Source: Bispira polyomma
Lineage: Eukaryota
NCBI GenBank assembly: GCA_965649765.1
Contig: OZ287756.1
Coordinates: forward strand, 64,790,001 to 64,854,000
Direction of reading: 5' to 3'
DNA length: 64,000 nucleotides
The notes beneath the pieces are model-generated. The model did no database searches, was not told where the DNA came from, and saw only the letters and a program-made list of their open reading frames with translations. The translations under genes were made by a program, and so were the position numbers. Positions 24,405 through 37,300 of this stretch are shown piece after piece. How positions within the stretch are numbered: position 1 is the first letter of the stretch; every line of letters begins with the position of its first letter.

Positions 24405-27400
24405 TACACCAAACCACTAAAACTGTCCATATGGAGCAAATACAATGCTACAACCCACAAAATTCCCAGGTAGTATACCTAACTACAAATATCAACCAAC
24501 CATATAAAGCCACCTAAAACTGTCCACATCAACAAAATACAATGTAACCATTAACAAAACCCCATATGTTATACTTATTACTACAAACATCACCTAACCA
24601 TATAAAACTACCAAAACAGTTCATATAAAGCAAATACATTGCTACCATCCACAAAACACCCCATATATTATACTTATAGCTAGAAATATAGCCTAACCAT
24701 ATAAAACCGACATTGTCCATAGTGTATTATACCTATAACTACAAATATCATTTAACCATATCAAACCACCTAAACCATCCATGTCAAGCAAATACATTGC
24801 TACCAGCCACAATCCTTTGTCCCCAGACACCCCATATAATATATTTAATACAAATATCACCCAACCATATTATACCATCCACAGACCCCATGTAGTTTAC
24901 TTATAACTACAACTATCATCCAATCATATAAAACCACCAAAACCATCCATATCAAGCAAATACATTGCCACCATTAATAAAACCCCCAAACATATTATAC
25001 TTATAAATACAAATATTATCTTATCATATATATAATATAATCATATATATAAAACCACAGAAAACCATCCATATCAAATAAATACAATGTTACCATCCAC
25101 AAATACCCCATGTAGTATACTGATAACTACAAATATCACCTAACCATATAACACAACCAAATCAGTCCATAACAATAAAATACATTGCTACGAGACACAA
25201 TCCTTTGTCCACAGACACCCCATATTGTATATTTAATACAAATATCACCCAACCATATAAACCCACAAAAACCATGCATATCAAGCAAATACAATACTAT
25301 CATCCACAAAACCCAATGTAGTATACATAGAACTACAAACATCACCATGTGCTTATAACTAAACTATCAGCAAACCTTATAAAACCACCAAAACAGTACA
25401 AAGCCACAATCTCAAAACCACCTCATACTTATACTTATAACTACAAATATCACCTAACCCTATAAAACCACAAAAGCCATAAATATCAAGCATATACAAT
25501 GTTACCATCCACCAAACCCCATGTAGCATTCTTATAACTACAAATATCACCTGACCCTATAAAACCACATAAGCCATCCATATCAAGCATATACAATACT
25601 ATCATCCACAAAACCTGATGTAGTATACTCAGAACTACAAATATCACCTAACCATATAAAACCACAAAAGCCATCCATAACAATCAAATACATTGCTACC
25701 AGCCACAAAACGAAATGTAGTATACTAATAACTACAAATATCACCCAACCATATAACACAACCAAATCAGTCCATAACAATGAAATATTTTGCTACGAGC
25801 CACAATCCTTTGTCCACAGACACCTCATATAATATATTTAAATACAAATATCACAAAACCATATAAAACCACCCAAACAGTCCATATGAAGCAAATACAT
25901 TGATACCATCCACAAACCCCATGTAGTTTACGTACAACTATACATATCATCCAATCATATAAAACCACCAAAACCATCCATATCAAGCATATACATTGCC
26001 ACCATTAAGAAAACCCCCATATTATACTTATAAATACAAATATTACCATATCATATATATAATATAATCATATATATAAAACCACAGAAAACCATCCATA
26101 TCAAATAAATACAATGTTACCATCCACAAATACCCCATGTAGTATACTGATAACTACAAATATCACCTAACCATATAACACAACCAAATCAGTCCATAAC
26201 AATCAAAGACATTGCTACGAGCCACAATCCTTTGTCCACAGACACCCCATATAATATATTTAGTACAAATATCACCCAACCATATAAACCCACAAAAACT
26301 ATGCATATCAAGCATATACAATACTATCATCCACAAAACCTGATGTGGTATACTCAGAACTACAACTATCACCCAACCATATAAAACAACCCAAACCGTC
26401 CATATCAAGCAAATACATGTTATGAGCCACAATCCTTTGTCTACAAAAAACCCATATCATATATATAAATAGAAATATAAAACCACAAAAACTGTCCAAA
26501 ACAATCGAATACATTGATACCATCCACAAAACCCCATATATTATACTGATAACTACACGTATCATCTAATCATATCAAACCACCAAAACCATCCGTATCA
26601 AGCAAATACATTGCCACCATTAACAAAACCCCCAAACATATTATACTTATAAATACAAATATAAAAAAAAATGATATATATACAACCACAAAAAACCGTC
26701 CATATCAATCAAATACAATGTTACCAGCCATAAAACCCCATGTAGTATACTGATAACTACAACTATCACCCAACCATAAAACACAACCAAAAAAGTCTAA
26801 ATGAAGCAAATACATTGCTACCAGCCACAATCCTCTGTCCACAGACACCCCATATAATATATTGAAATACAATATCATCCAACCATAAAAAACCACCCAA
26901 AATTTTCCATATCAAGCAAAAAAAAAAGCTACCATCCACAAAGCCCTTGTAGTATACTGATAACTACACATATCATCCAATCATATAAAATCACCAAAAC
27001 CGTCCATAACAATCAAATACATTGCTACGAGCCACAATCCTTTGTCCATAAAAATCTCATGTAGTACACTTATAACTACAAATATCTCCCAACCATATAA
27101 AACCAACAAATCAGTCTATATCAAGCAAATATATTGCTAAAACCCCAAAAACCCATATATTATCCTGATAACTACAAATATCACCCAACCATATAAAACC
27201 ACAAAACCATCCATATCAAACAAATAAAATGCTACCATCCACAAAACCCCATGTAGTACACCTATAACTACAACTTTCACCCAACTATATAAACCACAAG
27301 AAACATCCATATCAAGCATATACAATGCTACCGTCCATCAAACAACCCAAATATTGTACTTATAAGTACAAATTATCTGGAATAATATATGTCACTAACA

Positions 27401-28710
27401 TCACATAACACACTATTTACAGATTAAACTAACAAAATACATTTTCACAAGGAACATGCCGTATACTGTTTTATAAGGTTAAATAATTAGGCTTAGTTTC
27501 AACAGTAAAACAGCAGAAATAATATACATTACACACACACATCAACTAAACTATAAAATACACATTTGAGCATCAACTAAAATAAAAATACAATTCTCAA
27601 ATAGAAAAAAAAATAAGTGACACTCAGTGAATATGACTGGATTCTAATACTACAAGCTAATATGTTCAAGTAACACACATTAGATATTTACATGTTGATA
27701 TTTAGAATATACAGAATATACATGTTTTAATGCCAAATCTTTGGCGCTTCTAAAATTACATCAAAGTTTCATAAAACAACACATATTCATGTCAATAGTT
27801 CAAGCTCGGTTTTTGTATCATCCACAATAACACAAATAGTATACTTGTAACTACAAATAACATCAAATCAAACCGCATAAACTATGAAACCCATCCACAA
27901 CAAGCTAATATATTGCTACTATCCGCAAAAACCCAATGTAGAATACGTATAACTACAAATATCACCAACCATAAAAAACCACCAAATCAGTCCATATCAA
28001 GCAATTACATTGCTACCATCCACAAAATCCCATGTAGTTTACATATAACATTTAACCATATAAAATAACCAACACCATCCATATCAAGCAAATACAATAC
28101 TACTATCTACAAAGACCCCGTGTAGTTTACTGAGAACTACAAATATCACCCAACTATATAAAACCATCCAAACCATCTATATCAAGCATATACAAGTACA
28201 AATTATCTGGAATAATATTTGTCACTAACATCACACCACACAACACACTATTTACAGATTAAACTAACAAAATACATTTTTGTTGTATACTGTTTCTTAA
28301 GGTGAAATAATTAGGCATAGTTCTAAATGTAACACAGCCAAAATAATACACATTACACACACATATAAACTAACAATGAAAATACAATTCTCAAATAGAG
28401 AAAAATCATCAGTAACACTCAGTGAATATGACTGGATTCTAGTACTACAAACTAATATGTTTAACTTATACACAATTACATGTTGATATTTAGACTTTTC
28501 AGAATTTATAAATTGTAATTCCAAATATTTGGCGGTTCTAAAATTACATCAAAGTTTAATAAAGTACAATATAGCCATGTCAATAGTTTGAGCTCAGTGC
28601 TTGTGTCAAAAACACATATAGTATACTTATAACTACAAACATCACCTAACCATATAAAACCACAAAATGCGTCCATATCAAGTAAATACAAAGCTACAAT
28701 CAATAGAAAC
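24405..28710. repeat. About 97-bp tandem satellite array with longer variant units and higher-order repeats
   Basis: Unit AACCATATAAAACCAC.AAA.CCATCCATATCAAGCAAATACATTGCTACCATCCACAAAACCCCATGTAGTATACTTATAACTACAAATATCACC; period 97 between 25434 and 25531. Interrupted at about 27364..27830 and 28194..28600. Confidence 0.9.
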
Positions 28711-29025
28711 CAGATATATTTACTATTTACAGATTAAACTCACAAAATACATACTGTTACAAAGAACATACAATATACTGTTTAAGAAGGTGAAATAATT
28801 TAGGCATAGTTCCAAATGTAACACAGCCAAATTAGTATACATTACACATAAACTAAAAAATGAAAATACAATTCTCAATCCAATATGATTATGTTATACA
28901 CATTACATATTTACATGTTGATATTTAGATCATACAGAATTCACATTCACATGTTGTACATATATTGCCAAATCTTTTGGCGCTTCTAAAATTACATTGA
29001 TGTTTAATAAAGTACAACATATCCA
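27364..29025. repeat. Three diverged copies of a 300-480 bp non-satellite block interleaved with satellite units
   Basis: TATTTACAGATTAAACT...AATACAATTCTCAA...GGCG(C/G)TTCTAAAATTACAT at about 27414, 28249 and 28723. Confidence 0.75.
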
Positions 29026-29208
29026 CATATCCACAATATATACAGTCTTTGTACTGACTGTTGCACATATTGGTAGCTATTAAATATATCATCATCAATT
29101 TTCACTTGTCAACTACTTCTACTAAGTAGAATCAGCCACTCAAAGCCACTAAATAACCAACCCCTAATTGACCACAATCTAGCCAATTCAGAGTAAATTA
29201 CAACTACC

Positions 29209-29239
<31 letters not shown>

Positions 29240-29382
29240 AAAAAGATTTCTGCTGAAGCATTTTCCATGTACATTGAATAACAAATAAATGGACACCACC
29301 CACACTATCATAAACAATTGATATAAACAATATTCATCTCTATGTGTCAGCAAATACACAGCAGACAGTAACTAAGTGATAT

Positions 29383-29441
29383 TATCTAATCTAACTTTTA
29401 TAGCGCTTAAATTTCTCCTTTTTAGGGGATTCTAAGGCGCA
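29383..29441 (-). repeat. Short L2-type 3' tail fragment
   Basis: Minus strand GCGCCTTAGAATCCCC..AAGCGCTATAAAAGT(TAGAT)2 resembles the L2 stem-loop plus short tail repeat. Confidence 0.4.
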
Positions 29442-31276
29442 AGACAGTATCCTTATTCAATTTGCATTTCCGTTAGACAAGCATGGGTCAACACCATGGA
29501 GACACCTGGTGAAATTACATATACAAAGAAACAATTATACCACAAGCCACATCAGGGCACTTCAGTGATCAAATCCACACTTAACATTGAGGCACCAATA
29601 TAGATAATATACAATAATATTTAGTATACTGACAAAGTAGTTTAAATAATAACATTTATATGTTAGTAATATATGGTACACACTGGCTGAAACTCGTTAT
29701 GGCCTCATAATGTAACCGAAAATCACAAACCTATCATATACACAAGAAACCAATATATAATTGTAACAAGAAAATTACTGGGATAACCAGACAGAATGTG
29801 TAAATATTAACATTTTACTAAATAGTTTAAACATATATTACAAGTTATACATAGTGTCAAGTCTCTATACATAGAAATACTAAGCTATTGTCACTACACT
29901 GCTCAAAACACACAGGTGATGATGGAGCATATAAACGATGAATGGAAAATATTTACATACATTTGTGCCTATCAAATATTCTGGCCACTATTAAACACAG
30001 AGATTGCTGTGTTTGTTTGGTCAACAATAGCATTTATTTCTTTTTTGTAATTGTGATTTGTGCAAATCCATCAACGACATCATTTCCATTACCACTGATT
30101 ACATCATCACAACATATATGTAAGTTCAATAAATTATACTCATTTAAACAACTACACTCATATCATATTTACATTAGACCAACATATCTGAAATAAGGTG
30201 TACATATCGATCTATAGTTTGCAAAATAACATATATAAGCACTAATGTTAGTTATGCATACATACATTGTCTTTTGGAAATAAAATAAGGTCAAATAAAT
30301 GGTCAATTCATATATACATGTACACACAAATTTTAGCATGTCAGCAAAAAATTATCTACACAATTCTCCATTTACTCAGTAATAAAGTAAGCAAAGTAAA
30401 AATAACAGAGTAAGCTAACTATAAATATTTCCATTATGAAACTATTATGCGAAAATATACGGCAAAATAGTTACAACTCCCAGTCATTCTGACACTTAAT
30501 AGTTGCAAATGTGCACAATGACATAAACAAAAATTATTATATTACCGGCCAAAACCATAGAATAGTATATTGATGCCATCTTGTCAAGTGTCTAAACCAA
30601 TCAGGTTCTTACTTGGGGCATATTTGATCACATACAAGTTAAATATCAACTCTAAAATATAAAGTATATACAGGTGTTTTACATTCTCTTCAATGCAATA
30701 TTACAAATGTATATTTACAAAATACAATATAACATTTTATTTATAATGCAAACATGTAAACTTATCATGATCATTTAAGGTGACAACAATGTCCTACATA
30801 TACACTATCAAAAATAACAAATACAGGTATTTGCAAATGGTTATAAACTGTACAGCTCACATCATACACAATATCAGATATACATTATATAAAGCACAAG
30901 GTATATCTACACAAGTTTACAAAACATAAAGCTTTGAAGCCATGCTCATACTAGTAGACAAAGCTGTTAGACTCAACAACATTTCCTCAAAAAACTAAAT
31001 ACCATACAAGAATAATTGGAATACTCTAGACAGGCTTTCCATTAATCGCCTGCACAATCAATTCAAACACAAACATACAAACTACACAACAGTGCATGGA
31101 CTCTGAAGAAACTCTTATATATTATCCATATTGACACAAATCATGACAACATATATGCACAAATCTCAACAAAAGTCTATATATAAAAGAACTTAACCAC
31201 TGTCAGCAGATATGTCCATATATTTACAAAATGATTCAGTCATTCTCATGTACACCCTGTGATAATTCTTATGTGT

Positions 31277-31369
31277 TTAGGTTTTACTCATCAATATTCT
31301 GGTTCTCTTTTTCTTCTTTTGGACAGTTCTCAGTGGAGCAGAGGCCATGTCAGTCTTCTCTGCCTTTAC
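31277..31369 (-). CDS. RNF213: RNF213-like terminal coding exon (VKAEKTDMASAPLRTVQKKKKRTRILMSKT*)
   Basis: Acceptor ttgttttaaatcag|GTA at 31370/31369 in phase 0, matching the upstream donor. Open to TAA at 31277..31279 and followed by AT-rich UTR-like sequence. Confidence 0.75.
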   Translation of the reverse strand, partial: VKAEKTDMASAPLRTVQKKKKRTRILMSKT

Positions 31370-34300
31370 CTGATTTAAAACAAATAACACGGAAACAGTT
31401 AGAAACTAAAAAGTCACTTAGTGGAGTGCACCCTTTCACCAAGGAAACAACCTGATAAAACTGCTAGAATAAGTTCACAGATAATTTGTTCTACTAATTT
31501 GATTCTTTCCTAATTCTTACACCATCCCTCAACCCAAATTCATGCCACTGGGTTCAGAATCTTTTGTTTGATTTTTGTGGCAAACGAACAAGGTACAGAG
31601 ATGAAAACATGATCTAGTTGACTAAAGTAATTATTAAAATACACGTAATTTTAACAGCAAGTTTAAACCACACACTACATACAATACACATATCTATAAA
31701 TTATATCAAGATATATAAAAAAAGTCTCTTTGTTAGCCATTATATGCACAGTATTCTCTACAAAAATAGTAAGCTGTCCAACAGCATATTGTAATGAAAA
31801 ATATAAACCATGTTTATGTAGCAGTAACTATAATTTCATTAACATTTTAATCCCTTTAAATTAAAATAGCATCATTCTTACCTTCACTTTTTCAGTCAGA
31901 CGATCATGAAACCACTTAATATTTTGGATCATCAGTAGGGCTGGAAACTTTTCCCTGAAATTCTCCATCGTGACTGCGGAGTTCTTGTTTTCATAGTTTG
32001 GCCACAGATCCTGGTGAAACAATATTCCTGCTATTGCTAAATCTGGTGATACAACAGTAGCCATTTCAGAACTAATATGCCTAACAATGAGTCTTCTGAC
32101 AGCTGACAGCAACATCAAATCATCTTTTACCTCTTTATCCAAATAATCTTCAGACATTTTGACAACATCCATACTTGGTTTTACAGCATAATTTTCATCT
32201 AGTGACTCCACAAAGACGGTTTTCGCTGCTTCCTCTTCTAGGAATTCATACAGGCTGCACACTTGACTAAGTTTCACATATTTCTGTATTTGTTCTCTTA
32301 AAGTCACTGCTTTGACGTTTTCATATTCAATACCCCACCTTTGTGCATATGTGCCCAGCATGTCTGTTTCTTGTATACCTGTTTTCTTCATAAATATCAT
32401 TACTGTCTCAAGAAAGGTAATGAACGGCCTCAGTGAAATCTGACCAAAATTTTCCCTCAACCCCTCATGCAGGGTAACTTTTATATTTTCTGTCAACTCT
32501 ACTTGCATGAATTTATTTCTAAGCACTGTCACTGAGTGTCCTCCCTGATGAAATACTTCATTCCTGTACATTGTAAATGGAAATTCTTCGCCAAGCATTA
32601 AGTAATTTTTCCCCAGCATTAAATCATCGGCCATATCTTTTTCTATCTGAGCAAGGTTGTAGTTTTCCCAAAATCCTTCACCGTATCTCAGGTTATTTTG
32701 GCAATAGTTTGTAACTCCTTCAGGTAGATCAAACCTAATGACATTTGAATCTTGAGCTGCTTGTAAGTGAATGGTGGGGACTTCTACAAATGGTCCTTTC
32801 TTGAGAAATGAAAGACCTTTACATCCTGCTAGTGTGGCTATTGCAGCTTTTTGTATGAATACATTTTGAATTGCACACAGTACAGACATCACGTGATACA
32901 TTGGGCTATTTTCATCCTTCACAATACAAGATGATACAGGAGATAAACGGGTTACTTCAGGGATAGAATCTGAATGACCAATTCTTGACTGTACTACTTT
33001 TGAACATCTCACAGCATTCCAGCTCTCCTTAAACTGGGTGAAGCATTTTTTTCTTCTATCTTTTTCACTAACATCCTGATAGATGAAGTCATCAATTTGC
33101 AGACTTTCAGCCTCTTTCTGGGACATCTTTACATTGATACACGGGTATAACATCAGGTGCCACATCACAATTGGAAGAAGATGGTTCAAAAGTAACAGTT
33201 CTTCTTTGTACATCAGCGCTATGTGTAAGAAAGGACACACTTCAAACCTACTAGAAGCAATCTGACAACACATCTTCTCAATTGTTGGCATAGTACGATG
33301 TCTGCATATTAGGGAGTAACCATTGCTATTATCATTGTCACATTCATTGAGAATAGCAAGTAGGTCAGTCTTTTTAACCATCCCCTTGGTAAATTCTGTC
33401 AACATACTCTGTCGCTCTTCAAGTATGGTGTTGCAACATTGAACAAATTTAGCAGGGTCAGTCGCATTTATCATTTCTGTATTTTTCAACAACATATGAA
33501 GAAAGAAAGTCATTTGTTTAGCTGAAACATTCATGGCTGCGACTAAACTGTTCCAGTGGCTCTTGAAATGATTAAAGGTTTCATCTAAAGCTTCGCTATC
33601 CATCTCAGGTTTACAGTTTGCTTCTACGAGCATACATCCATGAAATAGAATACCACCTATGTGAAAAGTAGGTGTTTGGCACTTATAAAGTTGGGTTGCT
33701 TTGTAGCTATGTTTTGTCACAATGTATTTTTCTTTACAAGTATCACAATTTGCTTCATGACTGGTACTGCAGAATATTACATGATTACACTTGCAAGAGA
33801 TCATCTGCATTTCTGTTTCTACACTTTTGACACACAGCCTTGCTACATCACACAAGAAGTTATTTTCTGATCCAGTATTTCTGAGAATTTCATGCAGTAG
33901 CTTGCCTGAATTACTGACAAATACAGTGAATGTATGTAGCAGGAAGCTTGCTTGCAAAAGTGATTCATAGGTTGACTCTTGTGTTATATTCAAAATCGAA
34001 TGTACAAACTCCTTTCTTCCAAGAACACATTCCAGCAGTTCTTTTGCATGATCATGAAAAGGTGCAAGTTCAATTTCCTTAATTGCTATTCTATGACTGT
34101 GTTCAAGAGGTTCAATATATCTGGGCCAGTAGAATCTTTCTGCTAAGACTGCCACAACACTTTCAATATTGCTATAATCCAAGGCTAGTCTGCCCAGCAC
34201 ATCAGCAGTACCATCTAACGCAGCCATCTCGTCTTCTGCACACATGCCTCTAAAACCAATTCCACTCTCTAATGTATTTGTTGGCCATGGAATGTCTGTC

Positions 34301-37300
34301 ATGTTTTGTCCAGCTGACGGAAACATTGCAACTCTCTCTTTCAAATCTTTCAGCGAACCCATATACAATTGTTTCAAAAAATAGACCTTTAATGGGTTCA
34401 AACTCTCTTTATCTTGTTCATTCCAGGTGAGAGAGGCATCAACTCTTTGAAGTGTTGCTCTTTCTGCATTCACAGAATTGGGGTCACCTAATATGAATTT
34501 GGCTACACTCTCAATAAAAAGCCTTGCATAGGAAACACAAACAATATACTTGACAGACCAAGTTTCTGATCTCTTTATAAAAGCAACAGCATGTTGAAAC
34601 CTCTGTATGGAACCTTCACTCAAGTCAAGACTTTCAAAAAGTTGGTCTGACATCATATTTTCCACCACATCATTGCAAAGACAAATGCAAACATGAAAGT
34701 CAGTGACAGGGATTGGCTCTAAAAACTTTTGCAGTTCATCAATATCAATGACAGCTTCATCTGTTTGTAGCACTTTCAATAACGTATCTTCTTTGGCTAA
34801 AGTGTACAACATCCTCTGAATGATAGGGCCAGCATACACCACCAGCAGATCTAGGTTCTTTTGTCTGGTAAGGTATGTTATTGCATCAATTCTCCTTGGA
34901 GTGTTAGGATTAGCATCTAAGCAACGTAAAAAGTACATCAAAAGAATCTTCTGAATACTTAGAGCACTTAGTCCATCTGTTTCTGTGGATGATTCAAAGT
35001 GCTGGTAGACACTGTCACAATCAAATATGCCTTGGTCTTCTGCTGTGGTGTCTTCTGATGTCAATACTTCCTGTGATATTTTGTCAAGAAATACCACACA
35101 GTGCTCCTCTGTCTCAAACACAGAAGCCATAAATATATCTCTACATAGCCTGAGAAAGTGAAGTAATTCAGAAAAAGGATTTACCTTTGATGCATATGCC
35201 AGCAATTGACTACACTTACAGTACCATTCATCAAAACAGGAAAACTTTTCTAGACATGTTCTCACTGGCATCAGACTTCTACAAAGACATGTGACTATGT
35301 GTTCATCGATATCAGTATCTTCTGCTTCCTCTTCACTTGCAGATTGTGTAATTCTGTAAGTTTTTAAAGCATTCATAACATCTTTTCTTATTGAACTTCC
35401 ACAACCAGCCAGTAGCTTTAACAGCTGTTTAACTTTCTGTTTCTGGAGGGCCCATGTCAAAATCATTATTATTATGTCATCTATCAATTGTTCTCCTGGT
35501 AATGATAAACAGTGTCCTTCAAGGAACAGCCTACAAATTACACTTGCACTTTCATCATAAAAATCATCTTCACTGTTACTGTTGATGGTGTGGGATACAC
35601 TTAAGTAAAAGTCATGTTTCAGTCTTTCAAAACTCTCTCTATCACATTCCTTTTGGCCCAAGTGATCCGAGATCCGTTGTTCAATAAGACCAATATACCT
35701 ACGTATTAAACTACCTCGATCTTCTGGTATAATATCTTCAAGTGAATCAATCCCACCGATGTTCTCTCTCATCAGAAACAATTGGACAACATCATCAATT
35801 TCCTCTAGCAGATCTCTACTGTAAGGTAAATTATAATTAACTGGAGAATGAGTAACCACAAATCTTTCTGTTTCTGATGATTTACTTTTGGCCGACTTGT
35901 AGTGAGAAAATTTTCTCTGAAACATTTCCTCCCATCTAAATTTCAACCAAGAAGTACCATGGCCGTCTATATCTGTGTAACTCCACCAAGATGCTGTGCT
36001 TTCCAAAAACCAGATTAACTCTACAAGGGCATTCTTAACTAAATCTTGCAGGTGAAAATTCAAAGCCCCATGTAATGAACCACCCTCGAGCATTTTCACT
36101 GGATTTTTTGCCACATCAATGTACCAGTTGTCAGTGTGATAAACATTGACTTGTGTTGTAACGGGTAACTGTTCTGCATACGTCATGATTTCTTCACAAA
36201 GAAAGTTCAATAAGCATTCACTCCTTTGCATAGTGTCACCCACTCTCCATAATCTTTTTGCAGATCCTCCTAAGCTTGAATACTCCAAACTTCCCAAAGC
36301 CCATACTAAATTATGGCTTATTACATCCCTTACTGGACAGAAGTCACTCTTCAGCAAATCGTGTGGTGAATTGCCTAATAGACCAGATCTAATAGGAAAC
36401 TTTGTCTTTTCAATCATGTCTAATGTAAATAGTTCCCAATCATTGGTATAGTCAAATTTCCATCCATGACACTTTTTGTCTTCTGATCTTGACAAATGTA
36501 TAAGAAAAGCCACATGTTTCACAAGCCCACCAGGCAAAACTGACTGAATGTAAATTTGTCGCTCATTTTCTATCAGCAATTTTGCAAGAAGCATATGCTC
36601 ACTGTCTAAAGATGGTTTACATTGAAGCACAAATAGAACCTTGTCTTCACTGAAAAATTTGGATATCTGATTTGATAACTGTTTCTCAGACTTGACTGCA
36701 CTAAGCTTTTCAACATGACATAGAATACCAGGGCAGAGTCCATGTACATCTGTATTTATGTCAGTGTTTGTCATGATAACATATTTCTTTGGCACTTCAC
36801 CACCAAGTCCTTCAGCATAAAAAAAATCCTGAATACCATCAGTGGTGTGGTAGTCAAAATAGGCTTCCTGCATTTCTTCAATATCTTCGATCCCTTTTTC
36901 TGCCCATCGTGACAATGACATCCTAAGTACTGCACTTGGAGGGCATGTATAGAGCAGCAGTTGTTTGCATCTCTCAATGACATCTTCCTCTCTATCTTTG
37001 GATTTCTGTACTCTGTGTATCAATGATGGAATACTGTCACTCTGAAAGCCAAAAAATGCATCACCTGTGGTAAATATTTTGCCCTCTATATGACTGACAT
37101 CTGCAACCCATTTCTCCAGTGTCTTCACAACTGTCCGTTGAGAAGAAGAGAGCACTTCCTCATATAGTAATATCTGCTTTTCAAAGCGATTTAAGAAAGG
37201 TGGATCTGAATAGTCAACCTTTGTCCTGTCTACAATGACAATGCACTTGAAATTATCATGTACCACACACATTGGATTGCTGTAGGCATCTAATGCAATT

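Noticed and set aside
24405-28710. CRISPR array, or hydrophobic repeat proteins from the minus-strand ORFs
   Set aside because: Whole units repeat with no unique spacers, there are no cas genes, the context is eukaryotic, and frames break constantly.
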